From an uncultured Mycoplasmatota bacterium (GTDB lineage Bacteria; Bacillota_I; Bacilli_A; RF39; UBA660): a stretch of 64,000 nt of DNA. The notes under the pieces were generated by a model. The model saw nothing but the letters and a program-made list of their open reading frames with translations, ran no database searches and was not told the origin of the DNA. A program made the translations under genes and the position numbers. Location of the stretch: NCBI GenBank assembly GCA_946629885.1, contig CAMOYI010000014.1, positions 2,013 to 66,012 on the forward strand, given 5' to 3'. Position 1 is the stretch's first letter, and each line of letters opens with the position of its first letter. This document shows positions 10,852 through 20,692 of the stretch, piece by piece.

Positions 10852-11958
10852 TTAAGCCTCATTTGCTTCTCTAATACTTAACTCTAGATTGAATGTAATA
10901 TCTGTACCAGAAGCATTGTTTTCACAGTCAATATCTTGACCTTCAATCCACATGTATACACGCATCTTAGTAACACCTGCATTAAGTGTGAATATGTTAT
11001 AGTCAGTATTAGCTGCCAATGTGCCAGGAGTTGATAGTAACAATCCAGAAGTAGAATATACTCCACCAGAATTTGAAACAGTTCCAGCAGATACTACTTC
11101 AGAGAAAGTAGTGCTATCATATTGAGTAACTGTACCCTTAACTGCACCGATTAAATCCTGTGCTTTATTTGTAGGTATTGCAGCTTTAATACCATAATAT
11201 GTAACTGGATTACCACCACTTGCAGTTAATGCGTTAGAACCAGTGAAACCATATTCAGTACCAACACTGTTGACAACAGCAGTTGAGTGTAAATCGTTAT
11301 TAGGTTCCCAAATTTTAATTGATGGGAAATTCGTGTAATATGCTTGAGTTATTTCTTGAACAGTTGCAGTTGATGCAGCTTCACCAATAGGAACGAATGC
11401 TACACGAGCTGCATTTTTAAGACCTCTATCAGAAGATCCCTCAGCCATAACTACATTTGAACCACTATCAGAGGTATTGATGTATACCTTTTTCTTTGCA
11501 CTAACCTTGAAGAATAGATCAAATGCGACAAATTTTGTTCTGTCTGTTGATTCATCTACTGAATTAGTAGCAAGTGTATATGCACCACTTGTTGCATCAG
11601 TACCGATAACACTACTAAACATATTTAAAACTCTTGTCTTACTTGAACTGTTTTCTGTTGTTGCACCAGAAGTAGATACTGCATCTAATGTTTCTGGGAT
11701 AAAGTTGTTTGCGCCAGAATAAGCTCCAGTTTTAATATCAGATTGAGTAACTACTGATTTCCAAGTACTACCATTTGTTGAAATCTGCAAACCGTCGCTT
11801 GTCTCAACGTGTACATTGATGCTTTCGATATTTACAACTCTATTTGCAGTAAACCATGCATAAGTCGATGCACCAAACATTACGATTGTTAAAAACAATA
11901 GTAATATTAATGATCTAAATTTTTTGTTCTTTTTTTCACTTTTTTTAGCTTTAGCCAT
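10852..11958 (-). CDS. TasA/camelysin-like secreted protein with SipW-cognate signal peptide (368 aa)
   Basis: N-terminus K-rich, then hydrophobic, then GASTYAWFTAN, compared with TasA GGGTWAAFND and CalY GGGTFAFFSD. C-terminal motif RVYMWIEGQDIDC is shared with the paralogs. AGGAG RBS. Confidence 0.7.
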   Translation of the reverse strand: MAKAKKSEKKNKKFRSLILLLFLTIVMFGASTYAWFTANRVVNIESINVHVETSDGLQISTNGSTWKSVVTQSDIKTGAYSGANNFIPETLDAVSTSGATTENSSSKTRVLNMFSSVIGTDATSGAYTLATNSVDESTDRTKFVAFDLFFKVSAKKKVYINTSDSGSNVVMAEGSSDRGLKNAARVAFVPIGEAASTATVQEITQAYYTNFPSIKIWEPNNDLHSTAVVNSVGTEYGFTGSNALTASGGNPVTYYGIKAAIPTNKAQDLIGAVKGTVTQYDSTTFSEVVSAGTVSNSGGVYSTSGLLLSTPGTLAANTDYNIFTLNAGVTKMRVYMWIEGQDIDCENNASGTDITFNLELSIREANEA

Positions 11959-11977
11959 ATAATACCAACTCCTATAT

Positions 11978-12691
11978 CTATTTTTGTTCTATGTGCTCTT
12001 CAGTGATTGTCATATGCATTTTTATTTCTCCACCAAGAAGTGCGTCGGTACAATCCGGATCATCTCCTTCAATCCAAACGACGATAGTAAATCTATCTAA
12101 ATCATCCGGTTTAAAATCCGATACTTTCTCCAAAATAATTGTGCCTTGATTATCTTCGATGTCTTCAAATGGCACAGTATCCTTTTCTGGTTCGCCATTT
12201 AAATGATTTTTCTTAGCGTATGTAGTAGCTTCACCATTTCTATAAATTCGTATCCTTATTGCCTTGTCGACATTTTTTATTATGTCATCGACAATCACTT
12301 CATAGTGATAGTTAAGCACTTCATTTCCTTGGTTTTCAATAAAAAATGTGTATGCTATATAGTTTTCTCCGTTATGCGAACCTTCGCCTTCCTCGTCGAT
12401 GTTCTTTGGGAGCCACTTGTACGATATGTTGTCCATGAACTTTATCGGCGTCGCCTCAAGTTTTCTTTTACCGTGCGAGTTATTAAGACTATCAAATATT
12501 GCCATTCCGCTTTCTAAAGTTTTATTAGAATCTAATGTAACTGTGAACCTACCTTCATTATATATTATTTCGAGAATAATATATAAAACAATTAGAAACA
12601 AGAGTAAAATCAGGAGTGAGCGTCTTACGATTCTTACTACTTTTTTTCTCTTCTTAACCTTATTGGCGGTTACAACAACCTCCTTAGCCAT
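11978..12691 (-). CDS. TasA-like family membrane-anchored protein (237 aa)
   Basis: N-terminal K/R-rich region plus TM anchor. C-terminal FTIVVWIEGDDPDC motif is shared with the neighbouring paralogs. No clear AxF cleavage motif. Confidence 0.6.
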   Translation of the reverse strand: MAKEVVVTANKVKKRKKVVRIVRRSLLILLLFLIVLYIILEIIYNEGRFTVTLDSNKTLESGMAIFDSLNNSHGKRKLEATPIKFMDNISYKWLPKNIDEEGEGSHNGENYIAYTFFIENQGNEVLNYHYEVIVDDIIKNVDKAIRIRIYRNGEATTYAKKNHLNGEPEKDTVPFEDIEDNQGTIILEKVSDFKPDDLDRFTIVVWIEGDDPDCTDALLGGEIKMHMTITEEHIEQK

Positions 12692-12906
12692 AACATCACC
12701 ACATCACATATTGATATCATCTACCATACGTCAATATCGTAAAATATTTTTGGTAAAAAGTCAATATAATTTTTTCGTTAATTATCGAATCACAATTAAC
12801 TCTATTTTATGTAAATTTTGGTGTAAAATGTCAAAAAAAAACGATATTTTCGACAAAAATCATCTTAATTTTTGTAAAATTAAGTTAAGGAAAGGAGTAA
12901 TGGTAA

Positions 12907-13506
12907 GTGAAAAAGCTATTTGAAAAAAAACAAATACGAGTTTTGATGGCCTGTATTTCTCTATTACTCCTAGTAAATCTCATTCAAGAAACATATGCTA
13001 AATATATTTCATCGGCTGATGCAAGTGGAAATTTTACTATTGCAAAATGGGTATTTAATATTAATAATCAAGATGTTTTGGCAAATAGCGATTTCTCTGA
13101 AGTCGTTGTCCCTGTTTTAGAAGATAATGACTATATAGTCGATGGAGTTATTGCACCGACAGCAAAGGCTTACTTTGAAATTACAATTGATTCCACTGAC
13201 GTCGATGTCGCATACACAGAAAACATTACTGTCACTAAAGATGAAAATAATACAGTCTCAGATTTAATTATAACAGGCTATAAAAAAAATGATGGACCAC
13301 TTATAACTGTAAGTGATCCAGAAACATTGACATTAAGTCAAGAATATGATTTAGGAGAGCAAGGAACTAATAAATATACATTTTATTTAGAATGGAATGA
13401 TGACGAAAATGAAGAAACCATGGACAATGCCATGGATACTCTTCAAACTATTGATGGTGTTGCTGCCTTTAATGTAACTGTGAATTTTGTACAAAATGCT
13501 AGCTAG
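12907..13506 (+). CDS. TasA-like secreted protein with SipW-cognate signal (199 aa)
   Basis: GTG start at 12907 after an AAGGAAAGGAG RBS. Contains ETYAKYISSADASG, GVIAPTAKAYFEITID and FYLEWNDDEN motifs. Ends VQNAS*. Confidence 0.65.
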   Translation: MKKLFEKKQIRVLMACISLLLLVNLIQETYAKYISSADASGNFTIAKWVFNINNQDVLANSDFSEVVVPVLEDNDYIVDGVIAPTAKAYFEITIDSTDVDVAYTENITVTKDENNTVSDLIITGYKKNDGPLITVSDPETLTLSQEYDLGEQGTNKYTFYLEWNDDENEETMDNAMDTLQTIDGVAAFNVTVNFVQNAS

Positions 13507-13513
13507 CATTTTG
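13492..13513. repeat. 22-nt perfect palindrome CAAAATGCTAGCTAGCATTTTG forming the shared 3' end of two convergent TasA-like genes
   Basis: Read directly from the sequence. Both genes terminate with codons for Q-N-A-S-stop inside the palindrome, with an 8-nt overlap at 13499..13506. Confidence 0.9.
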
Positions 13514-14122
13514 AGTAATAGTTATTTTAACTTTTATTGCAATCGTAGGATTACTAGGATTGCTTTTTTTGTAGTTACTCGCATTTATTCCCCATTCTGT
13601 ATCTGCTTCATCATTGTCATTTTCATATGGCCATACTAAGTCAAAGTTAACCTTTTCAATACCTGTACCAGCCTGTAAGTTTGTATTAGATCTGCTTATT
13701 TCTAATGAAAACGGATAATTATTTAATAATTCACTTTCGAGTTGTGTACTAGTTTTATCATCACTTTGTACAGGTTGATTATAATAACCTTTTCCTTCTT
13801 GTGATATATATGTGTTGTCGAGTAATCTAACTTCTAGTATCTCATAAGTTAGTGATGCCGACATTTCACTTCTATTATATGCTTTAACCTCATAATGATA
13901 ATCATCCATGCCTGGATATATACTATCGACATTTACATTGATTATGTTGGTAACTTCGTTTTCACCTGCTTCAAAGAGTACGTCCCATCCCTTTACGTGA
14001 ACTGAAACTGATCCATCAATTTTAGTTGCATAAATAAACCATGCAAATGTATTTGCAGAAATTAAAACCACAAGTATGATAAGCCTAAATATCTTACTGT
14101 TTTTGTTTTTTTTCTTAGACAT
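13499..14122 (-). CDS. TasA-like secreted protein with SipW-cognate signal (207 aa)
   Basis: N-terminus K-rich, hydrophobic, then ANTFAWFIYATKIDG. Contains FDLVWPYENDND motif. Ends TQNAS*. Confidence 0.7.
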   Translation of the reverse strand: MSKKKNKNSKIFRLIILVVLISANTFAWFIYATKIDGSVSVHVKGWDVLFEAGENEVTNIINVNVDSIYPGMDDYHYEVKAYNRSEMSASLTYEILEVRLLDNTYISQEGKGYYNQPVQSDDKTSTQLESELLNNYPFSLEISRSNTNLQAGTGIEKVNFDLVWPYENDNDEADTEWGINASNYKKSNPSNPTIAIKVKITITQNAS

Positions 14123-14658
14123 TAGTCATCGTCCTCTTCATCAGTATCATCTCTGTTGATTAATGGATTTAATATCTCATATGCAAGACTTACACCAACA
14201 GCCACAAACATGATATAGTACAAAACGACATTAGTCATCGCTCTACCAATTAAACTAAAGATGAGCGTATGATAGACTACTTTACCATAAACGCTGTCTT
14301 CAGTTATCTCTGGATCTTCAAATTCATTTGCAGTTCCTTTTGTTGTGAAAAAATATTTTTCTTTTTCTTTCCTGATGTTTATTATTCTGTGTGTTATTGT
14401 GAGCCCTTTTAGCTCATTTTTTTCACCTAAATACGTTATGTCATCACCTATTTTAAGGGAACTTGCGTTTTCCTTTTTAACAACAATTATATCTCCGGCA
14501 TGGTATTTTGGTAACATACTTTCCGAAACAACTTGAAAAATATATACATTACCGAGCGCAATTTTGTTATTAGTAACCTTTTGTAAAATAGTAAGTGCTA
14601 AAATAAATACCAGGAAGCAGGTTACTATCCATCTTAAAATCTTCAAAGCTTTTTTCAT
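14122..14658 (-). CDS. sipW: Signal peptidase I, ER/archaeal type (SipW-like, Ser/His dyad)
   Basis: N-terminal TM segment. SESMLP box (catalytic Ser) and TITHRIINI box (catalytic His in place of the Lys of P-type SPases). Confidence 0.8.
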   Translation of the reverse strand: MKKALKILRWIVTCFLVFILALTILQKVTNNKIALGNVYIFQVVSESMLPKYHAGDIIVVKKENASSLKIGDDITYLGEKNELKGLTITHRIINIRKEKEKYFFTTKGTANEFEDPEITEDSVYGKVVYHTLIFSLIGRAMTNVVLYYIMFVAVGVSLAYEILNPLINRDDTDEEDDD

Positions 14659-14668
14659 TTTTTCACCT

Positions 14669-15775
14669 CTATAATCTAGTATTTTCTATCTTGTCTAAGA
14701 AAGCTTTGATACGATCTTGAAACGCATTTTGTATCTCACTCAGACTAGCTTCTTTTTTTGTCTTAATAACAGCTATTTTGTCGCCAATGCGTTCTTGTAA
14801 AGTTGTAAGTGGCATATCTAGATTCAACTCCACAATTCGCTGAATAAGATTATCAGTAATTTCTTGAATAACTTCCTTCTTTTTGTCTTCGTTTGTCTTT
14901 TCACTTAGAGTACTCATAGCTAAGTAGTCCATCAAGAATGTATTATTCATATACTCTTTTAAAATGCCGTTATCTTCGTAGTTCTTTTTCGACTTAACGT
15001 TTTTTGTATCATCTGCCACATGATTTTGTAAAAAGTCCCAAAGTCTCATAGCATATTGGAAATTGGTATTTTTTAAAATGACATTTGTCTTCTTTATTGG
15101 TGGAATTACTCTTGCAACATGTAGCTTTTTAAGAGTTTTATAGACTTCTGTGTTACAAAGCATTGTTATGTCATCATCTAGCCTTTTAATTCTATCTTCT
15201 ACTGGCAATTCACCTGCAGGACCTTTTTTATCGATTAGACTCGATGTATAGTTTAGCTCAATAAAAACCTGTTCTTTCCCAATGCTGCTCTTCGCTGTAT
15301 ATTTTGCCTTTTTAACATCCTTTAAACTAGACTCGGTAATAATACTTTTCTTCTTTATTTCTACGAAGTTTCTCATATTGTTTATTAGAGTATATATTAA
15401 TCTGTTTTCATATGTATCGTAGCTTTCATCTTTGTTTGTGTTTAAAATTTTTGATGGTTTAACATCTCCATTGTCTTCAATTTTTTGTATAAAATTAGTA
15501 TGCTTTGCGAGGTGCTTGATGCTTTCGACAGTTGTACGTCTTGCAAGTTCAATTTTGACGATTTCTTCTTCATTAACAATAAATCTATTGGGATTTCTTA
15601 AAATATTATCTATATAGTGTATTGTGTCTTCCATTATATCTAGCCATTCAAAATCAACTTCCACCTTATTTATATCAGTAGATATAGCAAGACTAGAGCG
15701 AGTGTTATTGCTGAATTTATTGACATCATTTTCACTCGCTTCTCTTAGTAAATTAATAATTTTCAGATTGTTCAT
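14669..15775 (-). CDS. Hypothetical cytoplasmic protein, 9 bp downstream of the McrB-like NTPase (candidate McrC-like or adaptor partner)
   Basis: 368-aa ORF, tightly coupled to its neighbours. No PD-(D/E)xK motif was recognisable by eye. Confidence 0.45.
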   Translation of the reverse strand: MNNLKIINLLREASENDVNKFSNNTRSSLAISTDINKVEVDFEWLDIMEDTIHYIDNILRNPNRFIVNEEEIVKIELARRTTVESIKHLAKHTNFIQKIEDNGDVKPSKILNTNKDESYDTYENRLIYTLINNMRNFVEIKKKSIITESSLKDVKKAKYTAKSSIGKEQVFIELNYTSSLIDKKGPAGELPVEDRIKRLDDDITMLCNTEVYKTLKKLHVARVIPPIKKTNVILKNTNFQYAMRLWDFLQNHVADDTKNVKSKKNYEDNGILKEYMNNTFLMDYLAMSTLSEKTNEDKKKEVIQEITDNLIQRIVELNLDMPLTTLQERIGDKIAVIKTKKEASLSEIQNAFQDRIKAFLDKIENTRL

Positions 15776-15783
15776 TGCATCAC

Positions 15784-17307
15784 CTATGCCATCTTCTTAA
15801 GTCGCAACAAATACTCAATACATTCAGACATTTTATTCTCTCCAAAAGTATCATTTAAGAATTTGATAAATCCATCTATTTCATCTCTGATGTATGCAAT
15901 ATTTAATTGTTCAAATTTCCTCAAAATTTTACGCGCAATAAAGTAATCGATACCTCTTATTTCATCTCCTCCGCAGGCTACAAATACAGGTACAAACTTT
16001 TTCATATGCGCAACTATTCTGTTACCGAAGGCAATACGGAAGTGTTTGATTACATAATCATCCATTTCCTCTATTTTCTTTAAATTGTCTTCATGAATTT
16101 GGTTATTTGCAATTGCATCCTGGAAAAGTTTATCTACATATGAATAATTTATGTCTTGACTAGGTGTATCAATTGGTTCAAAAACAGTACCTTTGTCATT
16201 GATGTCGATCGGCATAGCACGGTCGTATACCTTATCAGTAACCATAAATGTCGAGTCATCGTTATTTATTGTACCTATGTACCACACATTTGCTGGTATC
16301 TGTAATTTACCTTCTTTTAAGTGAACTGGGTCATTCTTCCATGCGCTTGGAACAATTTCTACAATCCACTCGTTTTTATCAGGCATTTCCAAAATAGATA
16401 GCATCTCTGCAAAATAGTATTCCACACGAGAAATATTCATCTCATCTAATATTACTGTGTATATGTCGTCTGTGTAACTTGCAACATACAATTCCTTTAA
16501 AACTTCAGTTTCGTTAAATCTCTTAGTAAACTCATTAAAGTATCCAAACAATTCTGTTCTATCACGCCACGATGGTTGAACCGAGGCAATACATGAATCG
16601 TGTTTTAAAAATTTTCCCCAGGCATAAGCTAGCGATGTTTTACCTGTACCAGAAATACCTTGCAAAATTACAAGCTTTGTCGATGCTAAAGCTGAAATAA
16701 AGAGTCTTATCATATCAGTAGTATAATATAATCTTAACTGACTAGCAGCAAAGTTTCTAAATAGTTCAACTAGCTCAGGCAATTCAAAACTGTTTCCATA
16801 ATTCTGAACCTTATAATCTTTAAATTTGTAGTCGACATCGGTCAATTTTGGGAATCTAATTTCAGTATTAGGATCAACTGAGTCATCTTCTTGTGTAACA
16901 TCTTCAGTATCAGATTCATCAGGCTTTAGTCCAAGTTTAGAAACCTTCATCGCGAGAATTGTTTCCTTTTCTTTCATGAGTTTCGCAACTTCATTATTTA
17001 GGGTTCCAACCTCCTCAAGAAGAGACTCTTGTTCAACTAAAGACTTTCTAATTCTGATATACTTTCTGATTAAGAAATATATTCCAAGCACTATTAAAGT
17101 TAAGAACGCCAAAGTTATAAGTATGGCAAGACCGACTAACAACCATTCAGGAATCGAGAAATCGTTTTTATATTCTCCTACTACCCTTACGTACTCTGGA
17201 ATATTAAATACAGATTTAAATCCCTTAACAAGACCATTAAATATATACTTTATTCCATTAAATATTTGAGATAAAAACTCGTATAAGAATCTCAAAAATG
17301 TATCCAT
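15784..17307 (-). CDS. Membrane-anchored McrB-family AAA+ GTPase/ATPase
   Basis: Two N-terminal TM helices plus a coiled coil. Walker A GISGTGKTS. McrB-type Walker B and sensor ILDEMNISRVEYYFAEMLSILE (compare McrB DEINRA). WYIGTINNDDST (compare McrB GTMNTAD). Confidence 0.75.
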   Translation of the reverse strand: MDTFLRFLYEFLSQIFNGIKYIFNGLVKGFKSVFNIPEYVRVVGEYKNDFSIPEWLLVGLAILITLAFLTLIVLGIYFLIRKYIRIRKSLVEQESLLEEVGTLNNEVAKLMKEKETILAMKVSKLGLKPDESDTEDVTQEDDSVDPNTEIRFPKLTDVDYKFKDYKVQNYGNSFELPELVELFRNFAASQLRLYYTTDMIRLFISALASTKLVILQGISGTGKTSLAYAWGKFLKHDSCIASVQPSWRDRTELFGYFNEFTKRFNETEVLKELYVASYTDDIYTVILDEMNISRVEYYFAEMLSILEMPDKNEWIVEIVPSAWKNDPVHLKEGKLQIPANVWYIGTINNDDSTFMVTDKVYDRAMPIDINDKGTVFEPIDTPSQDINYSYVDKLFQDAIANNQIHEDNLKKIEEMDDYVIKHFRIAFGNRIVAHMKKFVPVFVACGGDEIRGIDYFIARKILRKFEQLNIAYIRDEIDGFIKFLNDTFGENKMSECIEYLLRLKKMA

Positions 17308-17316
17308 GTTTACCTC

Positions 17317-18294
17317 CTATATACTTATTATCTTTGATCTGACATACTCTTTCTTTTTAATTAGTTTTTCAAACTCCTCTGTATTTTTATTGACGAGAAT
17401 GTATGGGAATAGTATCAATTCCATAGTATTTCCATCAAATGATGAGTCGAGTTCCAAAGCAAATGAGAAACCCTTTTGCAAATATTTGTCGATGATATCC
17501 TTATGTTCGATATAGTCACTATATAATAATCTCATAAAAATATGCTTTTTGGCAAGAGTAGAATCCAAAATATTAATAAGTCTTTCTAATTTTTTATCTT
17601 TTTCAAAAAGCGTAGGTGGCAAGTCAACCACATATTTTTTGGAGAAATCTAAGCTAATTGCATTATTTAAAACAATTTGCGCTGCCAAAATATAACAGAC
17701 AAATGCTTTGTCTTCCCTTACTATTCCGCTGTTATAAACTTTGTCTATTGCAAATTCACTATATAAATTTGATATTTTTACATTGTGTCCTAACTCTATA
17801 GAATATAATGTGCGATATATTCTCTTTTCAATTGCAACAAAGTCACGTGTATATAGCGCTTCGTCAAATAATGCTTTATCACACTTGAATCCGACATACC
17901 ATGTCCTTAGTCTCTCCGCCAAATGCTCTCTATCTTCAATTTTAACTATGTCACTCGAGGCAATATACTCGATAAATTCCCCTTCGTGCTCAATCGGACA
18001 TACATCATCAAAATATAAAATATATCCAAAAATCGCAATAATATTTTTTAAAATATTATGGTTGGCGTTCTCACCAAATGTTTCTAATACATCGAGTAGT
18101 TCTTTATTTAATCTATCTGTGAAATCTTTAACTTTAGGGTAATTAGTTTCATCATAATATCTAACCATAAAATATCTATCTAAAAACATAGAACACAACT
18201 CTTTTGAATACTTGTTTTTTAAAATTATTTTAAAAAGAGATAAATAATTTTTTTTTAAAAAGTCCATATATTCTGCAATTATATTTATCTTCAA
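17317..18294 (-). CDS. Hypothetical cytoplasmic protein (325 aa) in the same operon
   Basis: ORF 10 bp upstream of the NTPase gene, with no recognised motif. Confidence 0.5.
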   Translation of the reverse strand: MKINIIAEYMDFLKKNYLSLFKIILKNKYSKELCSMFLDRYFMVRYYDETNYPKVKDFTDRLNKELLDVLETFGENANHNILKNIIAIFGYILYFDDVCPIEHEGEFIEYIASSDIVKIEDREHLAERLRTWYVGFKCDKALFDEALYTRDFVAIEKRIYRTLYSIELGHNVKISNLYSEFAIDKVYNSGIVREDKAFVCYILAAQIVLNNAISLDFSKKYVVDLPPTLFEKDKKLERLINILDSTLAKKHIFMRLLYSDYIEHKDIIDKYLQKGFSFALELDSSFDGNTMELILFPYILVNKNTEEFEKLIKKKEYVRSKIISI

Positions 18295-18305
18295 GATAAT
18301 TCCTC

Positions 18306-19217
18306 CTATCTTCCACCTAATTCAGTAACAGTTATTGGGGCATAACCACCCGCGTTGGTACTAAACACGTCTTCGGCATTTACTTTATAAAATTTTACAT
18401 CTATTGCACTCATAGGATTTATATTTGTCGTAAAAGAATTAATATATGGTATACCATTAATTATATTTGTCGTGTAGTTATTTGTTTCAATAATATTGTC
18501 AGTAGAATCGATAATTAGGGCATTTGCGTCAAATGACACGCTTACCTCTGTTCCTTCGCATTTTGTCTTATCTTCTTGCGAGAGCTCTCTATATTCATCT
18601 ATACTAATCCTATCCAGTGGCTGGTAGTCTCCAAATGCGGTTTTCACAATATAGTAATTTTTAGCATTAGTAATAGTAAGCTTAGCATATACAGGCCCGT
18701 AATCTGTTAATGTATACGAAATTCCGCTTTGAGCTACTTGGTAAAAAAAATCTGCGTATAAATTTTGTTCATAAGGGAATGTGCTTTTAGCAGCGATATC
18801 AATAAGAAGCGTATCATGTTCATTAAATTTTTCCAAAGGTTGAACATGAATTACGACAGTATCTGTATGATCTGGGTCGGATGCATATATCACACCACTT
18901 TTACTCTCGAGACTGCATTCCACATTGTCAGGACAATCGACAAATACTTCATATGGCACATCATAGTCCACATAGTATAAATTATTCTTCTTAGTACTTA
19001 AATCGAAGGTGATATCAAAGGCTCCTACACCCGACCAATTGTTCAAGGTATATATAGTTGTACCATTTGGCTTTAAGACATTGCTAGTGAATGAAAATTC
19101 TTTTGCATTAGTAAAGTATCCATGATAATCTTCGGCAATAAATTTAGCGAACGTTACTCCTACTAAAGAGATAATCATGATAATTAGTCCAATCAATAAA
19201 TTTTTTTTCTTTATCAT
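18306..19217 (-). CDS. Secreted protein with SipW-cognate signal (303 aa)
   Basis: N-terminus MIKKKN, hydrophobic, then GVTFAKFIAE. Confidence 0.65.
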   Translation of the reverse strand: MIKKKNLLIGLIIMIISLVGVTFAKFIAEDYHGYFTNAKEFSFTSNVLKPNGTTIYTLNNWSGVGAFDITFDLSTKKNNLYYVDYDVPYEVFVDCPDNVECSLESKSGVIYASDPDHTDTVVIHVQPLEKFNEHDTLLIDIAAKSTFPYEQNLYADFFYQVAQSGISYTLTDYGPVYAKLTITNAKNYYIVKTAFGDYQPLDRISIDEYRELSQEDKTKCEGTEVSVSFDANALIIDSTDNIIETNNYTTNIINGIPYINSFTTNINPMSAIDVKFYKVNAEDVFSTNAGGYAPITVTELGGR

Positions 19218-19816
19218 CTTGACACGTCCTGTTCTGCATTGATCTTAATGTCGATTAGTTCAATCATCCCAGCATAATATTCAGGAAAAATCTTATTGCT
19301 AATTGGATAATTAACAACTAAGTAGTAATAATCAGTTACATCATCGTCATATCCCATCATATTAACTTGATCAATGATTAGATGCTTAAAGAAAACACCG
19401 TCATCATTTGTAGTTATAATGTCTTGGTCGAGGATTTCATTAGATAACTGTTCGTCAGAATAAACTGAATATTCAAGCGGCAAATTAGTCGTAGTTATAA
19501 TTTCAATATTATATTTTAAATCTACATCCGCATGGCGTTCACTATTAAAATTAGATACGCTGAAACAGTATACATATGGTTCTTTGTTCGGAACAATATT
19601 TTCGAGTTCGATTTGGCCTGTTTGTGTCCCAACATCAACTATAAAGAAGGCAACATTTGGACTGGATGTTGCGGTAACTCGACTTTCGTATCGCGCTTGT
19701 ATAAAATTAAAGGAACTAATTAAAATAAGAGCTACAATAAAAACTACACTTATTATCAAGTAGTGTTTAAAATCTTTTAAATTTATATTATGTAAAAATT
19801 TCTTTAGCTCCTTCAT
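19214..19816 (-). CDS. Secreted protein with SipW-cognate-like signal (about 200 aa)
   Basis: Start moved to the ATG at 19816 (AGGTG RBS; the TTG at 19846 has no usable RBS spacing). Hydrophobic segment followed by SSFNFIQARYESRV. Confidence 0.55.
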   Translation of the reverse strand: MKELKKFLHNINLKDFKHYLIISVVFIVALILISSFNFIQARYESRVTATSSPNVAFFIVDVGTQTGQIELENIVPNKEPYVYCFSVSNFNSERHADVDLKYNIEIITTTNLPLEYSVYSDEQLSNEILDQDIITTNDDGVFFKHLIIDQVNMMGYDDDVTDYYYLVVNYPISNKIFPEYYAGMIELIDIKINAEQDVSR

Positions 19817-19826
19817 TTTGATACAC

Positions 19827-20669
19827 CTACTTAACCTTCGAGTCAATTCTCCTTCTTATTTCGTTTAGATCCAATCTGACAGTATAATTTATAAAGTTTT
19901 TTTCTTTCTCGGAAAGTCTTAGTGGCAATTCTTCACTGCCTTCTTCAATTTTATTTATTTCGCATTTTATATTGTTCAATTCTTTTTTATTGAGTTTTAT
20001 ACCTGGCTCTTCAATCAGTTTATTTATTTCTGATATATCTATTTTTCTTGTCAATTCTAGTAGTTGTTCAGGCTCTCTAAATATATCAGATTTATTTTCT
20101 TCCGACTTCACTTCAGTAATTATTATTGGATTTTCCAGTTCAGTTTCTTTTTTCTTTTCATCGATTTTTTGTTCATCTTTTTTATTGTAAGATAGAGCAA
20201 AATCGAAGAGTAACAATGTTACAAATAGTGCAATAATTATTTTTGGATCAGTCAATACCTTTTTCCACAAGCCTAAGTGAGGAAATATTTTTACCACAGG
20301 TCCAATTATTTGATCTATTTTAATTGGTTTATCTACAGTATTGTTGTTATCACCTTTTACTATAACGCTATCGCCATCGATATATACAACACGGTGAGTA
20401 ATAACAGATTCTCCGTCAGTAAAAGCTATTATGTCGTCCTTTTCTATATTTTTGTTTCCAAACTTTACTGCAATTACATCGTTGATATCTAGGGTTGGTT
20501 TCATTGAACCACTTGCAACTTCAAAGAAAGTATACCCAAAGTAATTCGGATACAACTTATTTGAGAATGTGACACTGACTTTTCCATAAATTATGAGAAC
20601 TAATATTGCTAATAGTATATAAGTAAGACCATTTATAGTTATTTTTACTATCTTTTTAATATAGTTCAT
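19827..20669 (-). CDS. Signal peptidase I, ER/archaeal type (second SipW-like) with a roughly 110-aa K/E-rich C-terminal extension
   Basis: TM segment, then SGSMKPTL and VITHRVVYI boxes, a second TM segment, then a charged tail. Confidence 0.75.
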   Translation of the reverse strand: MNYIKKIVKITINGLTYILLAILVLIIYGKVSVTFSNKLYPNYFGYTFFEVASGSMKPTLDINDVIAVKFGNKNIEKDDIIAFTDGESVITHRVVYIDGDSVIVKGDNNNTVDKPIKIDQIIGPVVKIFPHLGLWKKVLTDPKIIIALFVTLLLFDFALSYNKKDEQKIDEKKKETELENPIIITEVKSEENKSDIFREPEQLLELTRKIDISEINKLIEEPGIKLNKKELNNIKCEINKIEEGSEELPLRLSEKEKNFINYTVRLDLNEIRRRIDSKVK

Positions 20670-20692
20670 ATGTCACCTCCTCTATTCTTTTA

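Noticed and set aside
14669-17307. Calling the NTPase pair a confirmed McrBC restriction system
   Set aside because: The McrB-type motifs are clear, but the partner lacks a recognisable PD-(D/E)xK signature by eye. The pair also sits inside a tightly packed secretion operon, so only the family assignment is reported.
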